Shown piece after piece: positions 1 to 12,439 of a stretch of DNA of 64,000 nt. The notes beneath the pieces were generated by a model, which did not search any database, was not told the origin of the DNA, and was given only the letters and a program-made list of their open reading frames with translations. Within the stretch, counting starts at the first letter, position 1. Every line of letters starts with the position of its first letter. The position numbers and the translations under genes are program-made. Source of the stretch: Amphiscolops sp. MND2022 (Eukaryota). Location: positions 67,270,001-67,334,000 of the forward strand of contig OZ076409.1 of assembly GCA_964187785.1 (NCBI GenBank), read 5' to 3'.

Positions 1-339
1 AAGCACAAGCACTATCTGCACGTCAAAAGAATGGCTTTACTTGATTGCCTCACAGGCATTAGCGATGTAATCTTCACCCTTATTTCATGAAAGTTTTCAT
101 TTCAAGTCGCTGATAATTCTTTGCTGAAATCGATAATTTTTGTTATTAAAAGTGCAAAATCTGCAGTTCAACTAAGCATACAATGCTTGTCCATTTTGGA
201 CTGACAATCAAAAAATTTCAATTTCGATGCTAACTGTCGTGAGTTTTCCAGACGGGAACCTTACTGAATTTTCTAGGTTTTATATTAAAAATAACCCTGC
301 AAGCAGATCTGCAGCATGTAAAAAGTTCAAGCAATCTCA

Positions 340-772
340 ACTAGGGAAACTATTGGACCGGCAAGCGGAAATGCATCTAAGTTAGTGCAAAGGGTTCCCA
401 TTTTGTTTATTCCATTTTTAAGAAAAGATACAAAACCGGACGAGAATGTAGGATCCTCCATTCAATTTTTCCCCACCGTGCAACTTTTTTGGAAATTGTT
501 TTTGTCTCCAAAGGGCCCCCTGAAATTTTTTGATATTTTGCAACAAACTGGAGTTTGAAAAAGCCCAAATTGCTTAAGTTTTCTCAATATATACCCACAA
601 AAAATTTTTGAAATACTTTCCGAAATTTTGACGTAATATCCGAGGTAAAGCGCTATTTCCGAACTTTTGACGTTATATCCGAAGTATTTTGCTTTTTACT
701 GAGGAGGAGGCAAATGATCGATCTTTTTGAGCCTTAGATACAGCGCCGACTTTAGACGTTCCTGTCTTGTTT
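340..772 (+). mobile_element. Non-autonomous Helentron-associated (HINE/DINE-1-like) repeat copy
   Basis: Ends in GCGCCGACTTTAGACGTTCCTGTCTTGTT. Internal GCATCTAAGTTAGTGCAA and GATATTTTGCAAC blocks are shared with the copies at 12.8, 45.5 and 53.1-53.8 kb. The 5' boundary is approximate. Confidence 0.55.
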
Positions 773-1250
773 GATTTGCTCGTGAACACCCAACCTATTA
801 TTTCCATCACAGCTCCGGGCAGACAATGCTTCACAAATTCTTTATTCATTTTAGCCATTGCAGTATTTAAGCGTCAATAATTCGTGACTCCGGGGTTCAT
901 TTTCACTTTGGCAAGCGGGCAAGTAGGACTCTGTCCAGGTGGAGTTAGGATAGCCAAATAACGCCACAGCATAATACAACGCGTCATTCAGTGATGACCC
1001 CTCTGTAAATATCGAACGTTCGGTCCACATATTTTTTTCCGAAATCAATAAATGTTCATTTAAGTAGGTGACGTTTTCTCGTCTAAGCTCATCCTACTGA
1101 TTCACTGATTTTCCGTTTCCTGAGAGACTCCATTGTCTTTGTCTAGCTTTTTATATAGCTCAGGTGAAGAAGTAACAGACTGTAACTTTTGATCCGGTCC
1201 AACTTTTGTCAACAAGCTGTATGCTACAAGAATGTCCAGTAAGTTGCATG

Positions 1251-1678
1251 TTTTTTAGTCAGCACTTTGGAAGCAAAGTGCCCGATGCATACAGTGGGTC
1301 GTTTTTTAGACACGACAACAACAACTTGAACTACGGACGTTCAAAACAAACTCGAAACGTCAGAACCTCACCCAAAACAAAAAACTCGACGTTCAGAACC
1401 TGAAAAACATACTAAGGATCCCCTTTGGCTATCTTAGTGTTTTTAATTTGGATTTTTTCGGCACTGTGACACTGTTCAAAATTCTCAATTTTCGTTTTCT
1501 TTCCAAAATCTTTTCAATCCCTCCAAGATTTGCAATCTACCCTTCTTTTTTGCAATATTTTGCCTCAAACTATTTTGCCTCAATATTTTGAGTTTCAAAA
1601 AGCCTCTTTTACAATTTTAAAACGTTGGGCTTCCTGAGACTTAGATATGGCGGCGACTTTGACCGTTCCCGGCGTGTT
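1251..1678 (+). mobile_element. HINE/DINE-1-like repeat copy (its 3' part is duplicated again at 2503-2821)
   Basis: 5' T-run followed by degenerate AGTCAGCAC. The GTGCCCGA..TACAGTGGGT..TTTTAGACACGA block is shared with 53320-53370. 3' end is GGCGACTTTGACCGTTCCCGGCGTGTT. Confidence 0.55.
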
Positions 1679-3648
1679 TGCATGTTCTTCAGAGTGGTGC
1701 ACTTAAAGTCCTTATGATTTGTCAATACTCTTACAGAAACTTCAATGAGAAAATATTTCCATGTTGCATCCGACTTGAAAGGTGCATCCTAAATTTGGCG
1801 CCAATATGAAGTATTTATGTTCAGGTGCTTTCGAAAATTAATTGATTTCCATTTAATTGCAATTAAATTGGTTTAAAATTTAATTGTATAAACTTAGGCA
1901 ATTTAAAAATTGATGGATTTGAATGCAATTAATTGCAATTATTTTTTAGCAAAACCAAATGCCAGTAACTGACAAATTTCAAGTATTGAAGTATAAAATC
2001 CATGTATTAGCTGTTCGTATAAAGGGAATTACAATAATTTACCAAATTTTATTTTGCCAACATCTGATATCATAGAAAGGTTTTTCAGTTTTGCCGGATA
2101 TGCGTAGCCCATAGACCTTGAAATGCAACTTTTTTGAAAGTGAATCATTTTTTCTGGAAAATTGGTGTTTTTTTCAATTGATTGATTGGTTAGTTTGAGA
2201 AAATTCAATTCATTGATAGGAAAGAAAATAATCGATTGGTTCACGTGCACTTAATTTTTGAAATTCCCTGTATAGGTTTGACTCGTGTGAAGGTTTTAAT
2301 GTCTCGCGTACTTTCATCTTCTAATAATCTCTTCCACCGGAAATGTCGCAAAAAAAGGGAAAACGCTTGTGACTTTCGCTAACGATCTCTTTTTCAAAAA
2401 GGAATTACCTGAAAGTCAGAGGGCTGCGTTAGACCTATTCGTACTCAGTATTCAAATCCAAAGATGAGAAAAACTCTCCGTCTCGTACCTACATCATGTC
2501 TATCAGAACCTCGCCCAAAACAAAAAACTCGACGTTCAGAACCTGAAAAACATACTAAGGATCCCCTTTGGCTATCTTAGTGTTTTTAATTTGGATTTTT
2601 TCGGCACTGTGACACTGTTCAAAATTCTCAATTTTCGTTTTCTTTCCAAAATCTTTTCAATCCCTCCAAGATTTGCAATCTACCCTTCTTTTTTGCAATA
2701 TTTTGCCTCAAACTATTTTGCCTCAATATTTTGAGTTTCAAAAAGCCTCTTTTACAATTTTAAAACGTTGGGCTTCCTGAGACTTAGATATGGCGGCGAC
2801 TTTGACCGTTCCCGGCGTGTTTGCATGTTCTTCAGAGTGGTGCACTTAAAGTCCTTATGATTTGTCAATACTCTTACAGAAACTTCAATGAGAAAATATT
2901 TCCATGTTGCATCCGACTTGAAAGGTGCATCCTAAATTTGGCGCCAATATGAAGTATTTATGTTCAGGTGCTTTCGAAAATTAATTGATTTCCATTTAAT
3001 TGCAATTAAATTGGTTTAAAATTTAATTGTATAAACTTAGGCAATTTAAAAATTGATGGATTTGAATGCAATTAATTGCAATTATTTTTTAGCAAAACCA
3101 AATGCCAGTAACTGACAAATTTCAAGTATTGAAGTATAAAATCCATGTATTAGCTGTTCGTATAAAGGGAATTACAATAATTTACCAAATTTTATTTTGC
3201 CAACATCTGATATCATAGAAAGGTTTTTCAGTTTTGCCGGATATGCGTAGCCCATAGACCTTGAAATGCAACTTTTTTGAAAGTGAATCATTCTTTCTGG
3301 AAAATTGGTGTTTTTTTCAATTGATTGATTGGTTAGTTTGAGAAAATTCAATTCATTGATAGGAAAGAAAATAATCGATTGGTTCACGTGCACTTAATTT
3401 TTGAAATTCCCTGTATAGGTTTGACTCGTGTGAAGGTTTTAATGTCTCGCGTACTTTCATCTTCTAATAATCTCTTCCACCGGAAATGTCGCAAAAAAAG
3501 GGAAAACGCTTGTGACTTTCGCTAACGATCTCTTTTTCAAAAAGGAATTACCTGAAAGTCAGAGGGCTGCGTTAGACCTATTCGTACTCAGTATTCAAAT
3601 CCAAAGATGAGAAAAACTCTCCGTCTCGTACCTACATCATGTCTATCA
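1360..3648. repeat. Direct tandem duplication, 1143-bp unit x2
   Basis: 1360-2505 matches 2503-3648 at offset 1143 (ORFs at 2029 and 3172 in the track are near-identical). I found only two substitutions by eye. There is a 3-bp TCA overlap at the junction. Confidence 0.95.
1822..2270. mobile_element. Putative degenerate hAT-type MITE (second copy 2965-3413 through the duplication)
   Basis: CAGGTGCTTTCGAAAATTAATTG vs reverse complement CAGGGAATTTCAAAAATTAAGTG (18/23). Flanks are TTTATGTT / TATAGGTT (6/8). Internal ATTGCAATTA motifs resemble those of the intact hAT. Confidence 0.35.
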
Positions 3649-4229
3649 ATCAATCTAAGCTGGGCATCTTTAACTACTGTTCACAACGTTTTCATGGCTT
3701 CACAAGCATCCTTTGACATTTCAATTGATCGTTTCTTAGAACTATTAGTTGTATCGGCTGGTGAACACGGCCAGTATGGTTTCGCTCACCTTTCCTGACC
3801 ACTTTGAAAGTTTTTTTTTGCAGTTGCTTTTTGTTGGAGTTGAAGGACTTTTGCTTTTTGATATTTCGACATCGCCAGCCCAAAAAGCTCGGAATGTTTT
3901 CTTTGATTTCTAGTTCTCTTTACCTTTCCGAATATTTCGTGGGATCTTTGGCTGCTTTTGTTCATTCGGTTCCTTTCTGTGGAAGAAAAGTAAATCGATT
4001 CATTTTTCGCTATCGACTTTCTTTTCACGCAATTGAGCCGGTTCACGCAATCATGCACCACTTCAAACTTTTCTGCTCCAGCGTTTTTTTTGATTATAAA
4101 TGAGGCTCAGTTACCGCTGCTACAAAAGCTGAGTCCTGTTTCTTTTGCTCACCAAAGCTGAGTTACTTGCTTTCGATTTCGCTGTGACTTTCCCATACTC
4201 GGTTAATTCGATACAAACACTTGAGACAA

Positions 4230-5400
4230 ATGCATCCCGAGGACCAATTTTAGAAATCATGAAACCTTACCTCTGATCGACGACAATACGTTATAACGAA
4301 AAGCACAAGGTCAAATAGAAACTCATCAAAAACTGGTGTTCCTCAAGGCTCAGTGATAGGCCCCTTCCTGTTCTTAATCAAATTATTTCACCTTCCTCAG
4401 TACTGTGAAAAGAGTAATTTAACGCTATTTGCAGTATATAACACCAATAGGAATGCTATCAAAGAAATGAGTGAAGATATCTGACAACTAAGAAAGTGGC
4501 TTGCGGCCAAGAAATTGACTGTTAATATGTCAAAATGTGAGCTTACTACGTTTGGATCAAAAACTGTACCAAACGTGGAAACGGCATTTGGCAAAGAAAT
4601 TCCAAACACAAAATCTGTCAAGTATTTGGGTATCCACTGGGACAAATATTTAACAATTCATGAGCAAACAGTTTATTTGACAAAAACTGAACAGGTTCAG
4701 TGGACTTATTCACAAAAAGGGACATGTATAAACGTCAAATATTACTCAATTCTATCATGCTTATGTGACAACAGTGATAAAATATGGTCTTCTAAAAAAT
4801 GGCAGTACCAGAAAAACACCTTTAAAAAATCGATAAGGCTCAGCGCCGAATCATTTGAGCAGTTATTTTCAAAAACCCACAAGATTCATTGTGGTAAGAA
4901 ATTTTCAGTTTTATGAATTGTATATAATCGAAGATGTAAACGAAGGTCTTCAGCAATTGAAATCAAATTAACCATGTGCGTCTTTATCCACAAACATTAA
5001 CGTTGATTACAACACGAGGAGAAAAGCCAAAGGCCTTTTACCAGCCACCAACCACCGGACTGTAATGCAGAAAAAAGTTTGAAAAATGCTCTAGATAAAT
5101 GTTACAATTGGTTGAATTCGGTTGATTTGATACCCTCAAAATTGTTGAAACAATCAGATAATCGAAAAAAACTATGTTAGCAAGTTGGGTTTACTCTACG
5201 TGACAGACAACAAGGATCTTTTCGAACTATTTTTCTGATTGCTAGGAAATGCTACCATCAGCTGGAAACGAAAGAAATATTTAATAGGGCAGGGGTTAGA
5301 CGAGCTGAAAAGCTATTTTCCTGTCCTTTTTGGGATAACATACTATTTTGTTCCTTGACATTTGGTATGAGATTTCACAATAAATAATTTCTTCTTCTTC
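4230..5400 (+). pseudogene. CR1/L2-type LINE reverse transcriptase remnant, frameshifted, 3' portion
   Basis: GVPQGSVIGPFLFLI at 4335-4379, degraded LFA(DD) motif after it, KSVKYLGIHWDKYL in ORF 4515-4916, then an AATAAA and (TTC)n-like tail near 5378-5400. Confidence 0.85.
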
Positions 5401-5964
5401 GACCAAATTCCCACTTGTTACAGTTTTTAACTTCCGCCTTTCCGTTTAGGAGATATATGTAGGTAACTGTTCATTCTGTCTTGAGTGCATGCAATCTATA
5501 GTTTTAGTATGAGTAACCAGTTTGTTCAGCATTTTTGTGCATCCGGTTGTTCTGTGTACCACTGGTGTCTCAGTTTTTTTTCTTTGTGAGCTTGCGGGAA
5601 CTCTAATGATTCTGTGGGTTTTTCGTTTGACGCTATACACTATTTTTCTTGTTTTGAAGTGTTTTTAAGGTTCAAAATTCAGGGAACACTTTTTGTTTTT
5701 GTCCCGAATTTGCACACAGTTGACATACAGTTCAATATAAATCAGTAGCTGTAAAGTCCGTTGTTTTGCTATATTTTTGAGAGAAAGCTAAACCCGTCCA
5801 CAGTTCGAATTCGTTCAACTTCGGAGGTTTCCTAGCACAGTTTCAAGATTTCATCGTAATTTTACGTCGTTCCTCTATTTTCTAGATAATAATTGTTGGA
5901 CAGTGTTTTCCAGCTAATCGTCGACGATACTTCCTAATGAGTTTGTTAAAAGTTTTTAAAGTAG

Positions 5965-6670
5965 CAGTAGTGTTTAAGGCGACGAGCGAAGCGAGATGCC
6001 TTATTGTTTGCGTTTGTTTTTTTCGCCAAAACGTGACATCCCTCTGCGTTTGTAAAAGTTTCGGCTATTTTTCTCCAAGCCTATTTTTCTGAGACAATTC
6101 AAAATTTTAAAAACAGAACCGCAACTGAATGCTTTTTCTGGCCATGTAAGAAGGTTCCGAAAACTTTCCGCCTGGGCGATTTTATTAGCTTCAAAAATTT
6201 TTGCGGAAATTTTTAGGGTTTTCCCCGATTTTGCGTAATTTCACCACTTGAACCTATCAAACCGTCTCAAAATAAAAACCAACTGACTCAAGAGGATGTC
6301 ATCTTTAAGGTCGTGAAACTTTCATTATCTTACAATTATTGGGCGTTGAGAAAATGGCGATTGAAAATGGGAAATTTTTTGGGGTTTATTGCGAAAAAAA
6401 AATCTAAATGTAGATTTTCCTCAATTTTACCATTTGAACCATATCGAACCGTCTCCTAATTAGTACCGACCGACGCAAGACGATGTCTTGTCTAAACTCA
6501 TGAAAGTTTCATTATCCTACGATTATAGGTCGTTGCGAAAATGGCAAATAAAAATCGGAAGACTTTTGGTTTTTTTGCGGAAAACGTGTTTTTTTGCGAA
6601 AAAAAGTTTATTTTGACGTACCCCATGCAATTGGGCGCACTTCCGTAGAACCCATTACTCCTGGGCCCTC
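5965..6670. repeat. Unclassified interspersed repeat with internal ~220-bp subrepeats
   Basis: Starts with GACGAGCGAAGCGAG, a motif common at rolling-circle-type element ends. Two related blocks AAA(C/G)TTTCATTATC(T/C)TAC(A/G)ATTAT lie at ~6317 and ~6505. Confidence 0.3.
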
Positions 6671-7669
6671 TCGGAGATTTTCCGAGATTTTTAGGCCGGC
6701 GCGATTCTTTAGGCTTCGGAAACGTGAACTTTCTGATGAATTTAAAAGTTTTTGCCGATTTTCGGTTGATAAACCACATCAAACCGGCCAAACATAGTCG
6801 CCAGCTGACGTATCAGGACCCCTCATTTCAGTGGCTGAAGGTTTTATTACTGGGCGTTGAAGAGATCGTCTGCTCGGAGCCGTCGCGCAATGGCAATTGC
6901 ACCTATGTTGTTCACTTGAACTCAGTTGATTGACCGATAGCTTCGTCACAAGCGCACAAGTAGTCTATCAACATTTTATGCGCAACATTTTTTCAACCAC
7001 AGCTGTGATCATGAGACGGTATGATCTACGATCATTCTGGAAACAATATTTGGATTAATCATTTGGGTTGAAACCGCTAGTTTATGGTACCACAAATTCT
7101 TTGAATATTTTCCGCTTTTTTTATGATGTCTCTAAAACCGATGACTCCTGATTGGAAAAGCATATGCAACTCTACCAAGCATGAATCGCCAATACCAAAG
7201 TTTTTTTGTTGTTTTTCAAGTTAGTGGAGATTCTTCTAGTATCTAGCTAGTAGCGAATGTTGAATCTTCCAACCCTGATAAACTCAACCTGACAAACTTG
7301 TCCGTACACACCGTGCTGCGAAAAAAGTGCATGTGTGATTTGAACTGTAATCGATGAAGATATATAACAACAAATTAAATTCAACAAATCAAAAGTTAGT
7401 GACAAGTTCAAGAAAACGAGGTTTTGAATTTTCGCCATAATTTCGCAATAATTTGTCTATATAAAACAGTCCGAGACTAGACGTATCTGCTTTGCATCGA
7501 TTCTAAGATCATTTCAATGGCTTTGATTTGGTACATTCACAAAATCAAAACAAAATAAACACTCACGAACTGTAGAAACATTGCGAAAAAACCAATTTGA
7601 TAGAAATCCGAAAATCCGATAGTATCAAAAAAATCGATCAACCTTATCATTGCCGCGGTGGTCTATTAC

Positions 7670-8608
7670 TAGGGCAACTAAAAAGGGCAAAAGGGCAAAA
7701 GGGGCAAAAATTCTTTTCCGTAAATAATCACCCCTTTTCTGAGAATTGCAAGTTGTGCGAGTTTGTGCACAGGAATGTCTCAGAAATACAAAGCATGCGT
7801 GTATGAACAGGACTTTCTGAGAAATAACCATTTCAGATTGCTAGTGTGACAGACGCAGGATGCCTAAGACGACCGACACTCTGAGAAAATTTTTACCTAT
7901 ACCAGAAAGCATTCAGAAGAGTTTGGGAAACAAGATGCGGCTTTTTTGCAAATTGTGCAAGGTGAGTCATTTTTGTATTTGTTTCCATCTAGTTAGTTCA
8001 ATATTTTAATTTTTAATTATTTGTTTCTCTGTTTTAGGTCCGCGTGTCCTGCGACAAGAAAACAAGGGTCAAAAGTCATCGAAGCTCAGCTATCCACCGA
8101 GTGACACTACCTCTTCTACGGTGTCAGGGCCAGACAGTTGAAAACTTTTTATCCCAATATGATTCACACAACCGGTCTTGCTCACATAATGCATAACGTG
8201 GCTGACTATATTAGAGCCCGCTACCCGGATGCCGATTTTTTGATAGCTTCTGTCAAGCCGTTGCGACAAAAAATTGAAAATTTATAGTGCAGAGAATGTT
8301 GGTAACCCGGCAGTGTTCGCTCAAACAAGAACCTTTCTCGGATCGTCGGCAGACGTGGAGCGAACATTTAGCAAACTCAACAAGCCGCTAGCCAAGGACG
8401 GTAATTTTGATGTTACAAATATCGAAAGTTACATTTGCATTTATTGTAACATTTCCCTTTTTTAATAAACGACTTTGACTTTTTCAAAATTAAGTCCTCG
8501 TTTTCAAATGCGTGCCGATAAAGGGCAAATAAGGGGCAATTTTTAAAATAAAAGGCGTCAAATAAAGGGCAATTATTAAAAAATAAAGGGCAAATCGCGA
8601 TTGCCCTA
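7670..8608 (+). mobile_element. Internally deleted hAT transposon of the CGGBP-related type
   Basis: TAGGGCAA...TTGCCCTA termini and an 8-bp TSD TCTATTAC/TCTATCAC. Transposase remnants: BED finger CKLC..H..H split by a GT-AG intron at 7962-8037, YPNMIHTTGLAHIMHNVADYIRARYPDADFLIASVK, and C-terminal SADVERTFSKLNK. Confidence 0.85.
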
Positions 8609-8699
8609 TCTATCACGAAACGAACGACATGCTTGTTGAAAGACACGAATGTGGAAAAATTCGTCAGTACAGAGCCATTCAATTTTTAAAACTTTTGAA

Positions 8700-11600
8700 G
8701 TTGTTCAATAGTTTCGTAGTCTTTTGTAAGAAATTTCCATTCAGTGCTGTACATTTGTACTTTTTAAGGAGTCTATCAGTGTTAAGTTTCCATAGAAACT
8801 TTATTTGAGGTCAACCAACTTCATTCGATCAATCGACACGAGTGTCTTTTCGCATCCAGCACAATTTTACACAGTCCAGGGATGTCAATAACTTCCTAAT
8901 TAAACTGATTTTCAGCTTGCCTTCAGACATTGTTTACAGCACTGCTGTGCTAGAAGTCTAGTATCTCGATGAACTTTTGGTCATCAGATTTCAGAACCTG
9001 ACTGAATTTTTGAATTTCGGCTCGGTGGAACCCAGTGTCCATTCCGATAATTGCTCGTCTTTGTTCTACAGGGTTAACTATACGGAAGTAGATTTATCTG
9101 AAAATATTTTCGTGTCAGCTGAGTTCATTAAAACTCTGGTTTAAAAAAAATTTCGCATCAAAAGTTTCAAAACCACAAGGTTGAACTGAAGAATGTTTTT
9201 GATAACCAAAACTCCATAGGTATGTGCTTTTTTGACGAAACAACGTTGGATGATGGGTTTTGAGGCGAATACTCTGTCAATGTTTGCTAGTGTATTTCAC
9301 GAACAGTGTATTTTTTTCGAAATCAATTGATAATTGGCTGTCTAACTAAGAGACCATTCTGCGGGAATATGATTTCTTTCGCGACTGTTTGTTTAGAACT
9401 GTTGCTAACAGTCAAGAATAAACTTCTTTTTCTGAATAACAGCATCCACAAAGGCTCTCAATTGCTTCACACTCCCTGGTCTGAACCTGTTTGAACTTTC
9501 TTGTAATTTATTGTTAGTTTGTGCAATTCTGTTGTGAAATACTTTCATTCTATTCTATTTCCTCAGTCACAAAATTACACCTATGCAAATTCAAGCTGAT
9601 CATCGAAACGTTTCAACATTTCCGAACTCTCTTGAAATTTGTCACTCTTGAAATTTGTCCTTTCGACCGCCATTGGTTACTGCCAGAATGTCGTCAATCA
9701 AGGCGAAGCTGTTCGAAATAGCATGATGTGCATGATCTACATTGACTCCATGATGTGTTGAAAGTTGTCAAACTTTAGAAGCCTGCTGTAAACCCGCAAC
9801 TGCCTGTTGTATCACCACTAAAGGTTTCGAAATTGGCGTGAAATTCTTCACTCAGTTCCACTTGGCAAGAGGCATATTTCATGTCAAAAAATGTGATATT
9901 TGTGAAGCTCAGTTTTTTCACTCTTGACTCGTTTCTTTGTCTTTTTTCTGAGTGTTTTTTCAAGTTAAATATCAATACGGCAGTAATTTCACTGTTGCGT
10001 CTTCTTCAGCTAGAAGTTTTGTTCCCATTAACGCTCCCTTGGTGTAAAAATATACGGAGGGATTTGACTCTCCGGACCGTTTCATCTCTACCTTCTATTG
10101 TAAGCATTTTAGCCAATCACGGCCCACGTTTGGCTCCACACCTTTTCTGGCCAAAGAAATTAGGGATTTTTGTACATATTTGGCTCTCACTACCAGTTCA
10201 CAGAAGATACAAACCGTGATATTAGCTGGGCGTCTATTGGCGTCAACATACTTCTCATGTATTGGGATAAATTCCCAAACATGACATTGAATTGAACATA
10301 TTAGCTGTAATTCGTCATATCTAATAGTCGTCACAGATCATGTGACAAGTTTTTCTGTTTATTGTTCGTTTCGGCATGAACGGGACCGAACCTCCTCTGT
10401 CAATGCACAGCACTTACTTGTTATCACGGTACGCTCCTTCTACGTGTTATTCCTCATCTACACAGTTGACCCGCTACAGTCCAAGCGATTTATAAAATTG
10501 AATTCGTTATGTACACACTCTCACTAAAAGCCCATGATGCCACTGTCGCAACTCTGGAGAGCATTATCCGTGATCTCGACCAGATTTACAATAATTAAAA
10601 AGAGTTTTAAGCCGGTTTTGCCGCTTTTCGCGGCCCAATTCGACTTCGGCCTTCCAGTATAGTCCCGCTGACCTTCGTTCCACTTTTGCATTTAATCCCT
10701 CTTTGAGCGCTTCAAGGCCATCGTGAGTCTGCGGAAGGAGTTTCTCGTCAAATGCAGGGCCAATCGCCCTCATAATATGAGTATATAAAGTTTTCCAACG
10801 TTGTTACTATTTTTTTACACTTTTAGAGGTCATCATCGATCTAATTTCCTATGTTCGAATTTCAGCTTTTTTTCGCCCATTGGACAATAGGTCCGCTTGA
10901 GGAATTTCAGCTTTTTTTCGCCCATTGGACAATAGGTCCGCTTGAGAACTTTTTGAAAGCGAGTTGGTTAAAGTACCAAGTTCTTCGACATTCAAGTTTC
11001 TACTTTGGTGAGGCTCTTTTGACTGCAGGCCCATTTCTACATCTCTTTCAACTGACTTGTTTTCAAACTCATTCGTTCCGTAGTTTCTTAATATAACATT
11101 CGTATCTTCTAAATCTGGCATTAGGTCACTTTTCCCTAATTTTCTGCTTTCTAGTTGAAAGCATTATAAAAGGAAAATAACTTTGAAAGTGAATTCGGTC
11201 TTCAACAAAGATTAGCGTGTTTCATCTTTCATCAGAACAAAATAATAAAAAATTCACATGTTATGAAATTAAGAACGAGAACAGAAGTAGTAACAATATA
11301 GCGATTAGTTGATATGAAGGTAGTTTTCTTCTGTAGTCCCGCGGACTCAGCGTCCGGGATATGTACACTAGAGGCCATGACACTCAAGATTATGAGTGTC
11401 AAGTTACTAACAGTAGATGCGGGAGATCGATTTGTTGACATCTTTTCAACGAATTAACTGCATATGGGACCGCCAATACGTACTTAGTTCTTAAGTGAAA
11501 ATCTTTCACCAATCTATATAAAAAATAGAATGAGGAAGGCGGCGTAGTACTGTACGCAGTGACTTTCAATCCTATTACAGAAGCAGCGCTAATGTTTAAT

Positions 11601-12200
11601 CTGTACACCATGTCAAAATAGTTGTTTATTCAAATTAAGCGTCTACATCTTAAGTAATTGATACATGTAATATTGGTTTGTTGTGGTCAAGGTGACAGCA
11701 GTTCCAATCATGTGGAACCACTCTGGTGGTACTCTAATATTTCAGTCTTCACCTCTAAGACATATAAATATCACATGAGCCAGCCTGAGACGGCCACAGT
11801 TTTTGATTCGTCTACCCTCGGCGACTTCACACAACGGGAGATGCTATCCAGAAGGTTTTTAGCTCCACTTTTGTGCAACTTTTCAGGTACAATGTCCGCT
11901 TTGCAATGTTGTGATGCTGCCGACTGGTTCTGTTTAGACTTGTGTTTTTGATGTCCATTCGCCAAAAGATTTTGTCGAAGAGCTCTTTCTCATGGGACAT
12001 CGCGATGACAAAAGGCAATCAAATTGCGATGATTCTTGCTGTGAGTATTTTTGTTAGGTGAAAGTTTTGGTTTTTTCTCTTCCAGATTGAAGACCTCATA
12101 GACGAGAGACCCTCAGTTGGGGTTCCAAAAACACACTGCGCCGATATACCACCAAATAAAGTCTATAACCGCTATGTCATCCTCATCGTCTCATTGGCTG
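8700..12200 (-). pseudogene. Unidentified, heavily decayed coding-like region
   Basis: Stop-interrupted but protein-like minus-strand frames, e.g. YFRIVNPVEQRRAIIGMDTGFHRAEIQKF..EVIDIPGLCKIV (9090-8830) and TLENFIYSYYEGDWPC (~10800-10755). No family recognised. Confidence 0.3.
10857..10946. repeat. Perfect 45-bp tandem duplication
   Basis: GAATTTCAGCTTTTTTTCGCCCATTGGACAATAGGTCCGCTTGAG x2. It appears as the QADLLSNGRKKAEI repeat in ORF 10849-11121. Confidence 0.95.
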
Positions 12201-12439
12201 CTCGTTTTCTGAATAAGAAACTGAACCTTTCGAAAATTTTGTTACTTTAGTTTTCGAACGTGTTTTTCCAAGCTCGGAGTAAATCAATTAGCTTCTCATT
12301 TACTATCTTCAGTATTTAACGTTTGTAGATTGTTTTTGCAGCTGCTGATCCTAATCTTTAAAAAAAGTCACTTGCAAAGTTTCGTGCTGCAAAATTCAAT
12401 ATGTTGCAAAGTGTTTTTCATTTTTACCCGATGTTACAA

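Noticed and set aside
2029-3393. Duplicated 73-aa ORFs as a small gene pair
   Set aside because: They are a by-product of the tandem duplication of AT-rich repeat DNA and show no coding features.
10777-10790. TATGAGTATATAAAG shared with the MULE right flank at 24396 (possible empty site)
   Set aside because: The match is short and AT-rich, does not extend, and falls inside an apparently continuous coding-like frame at 10.8 kb.
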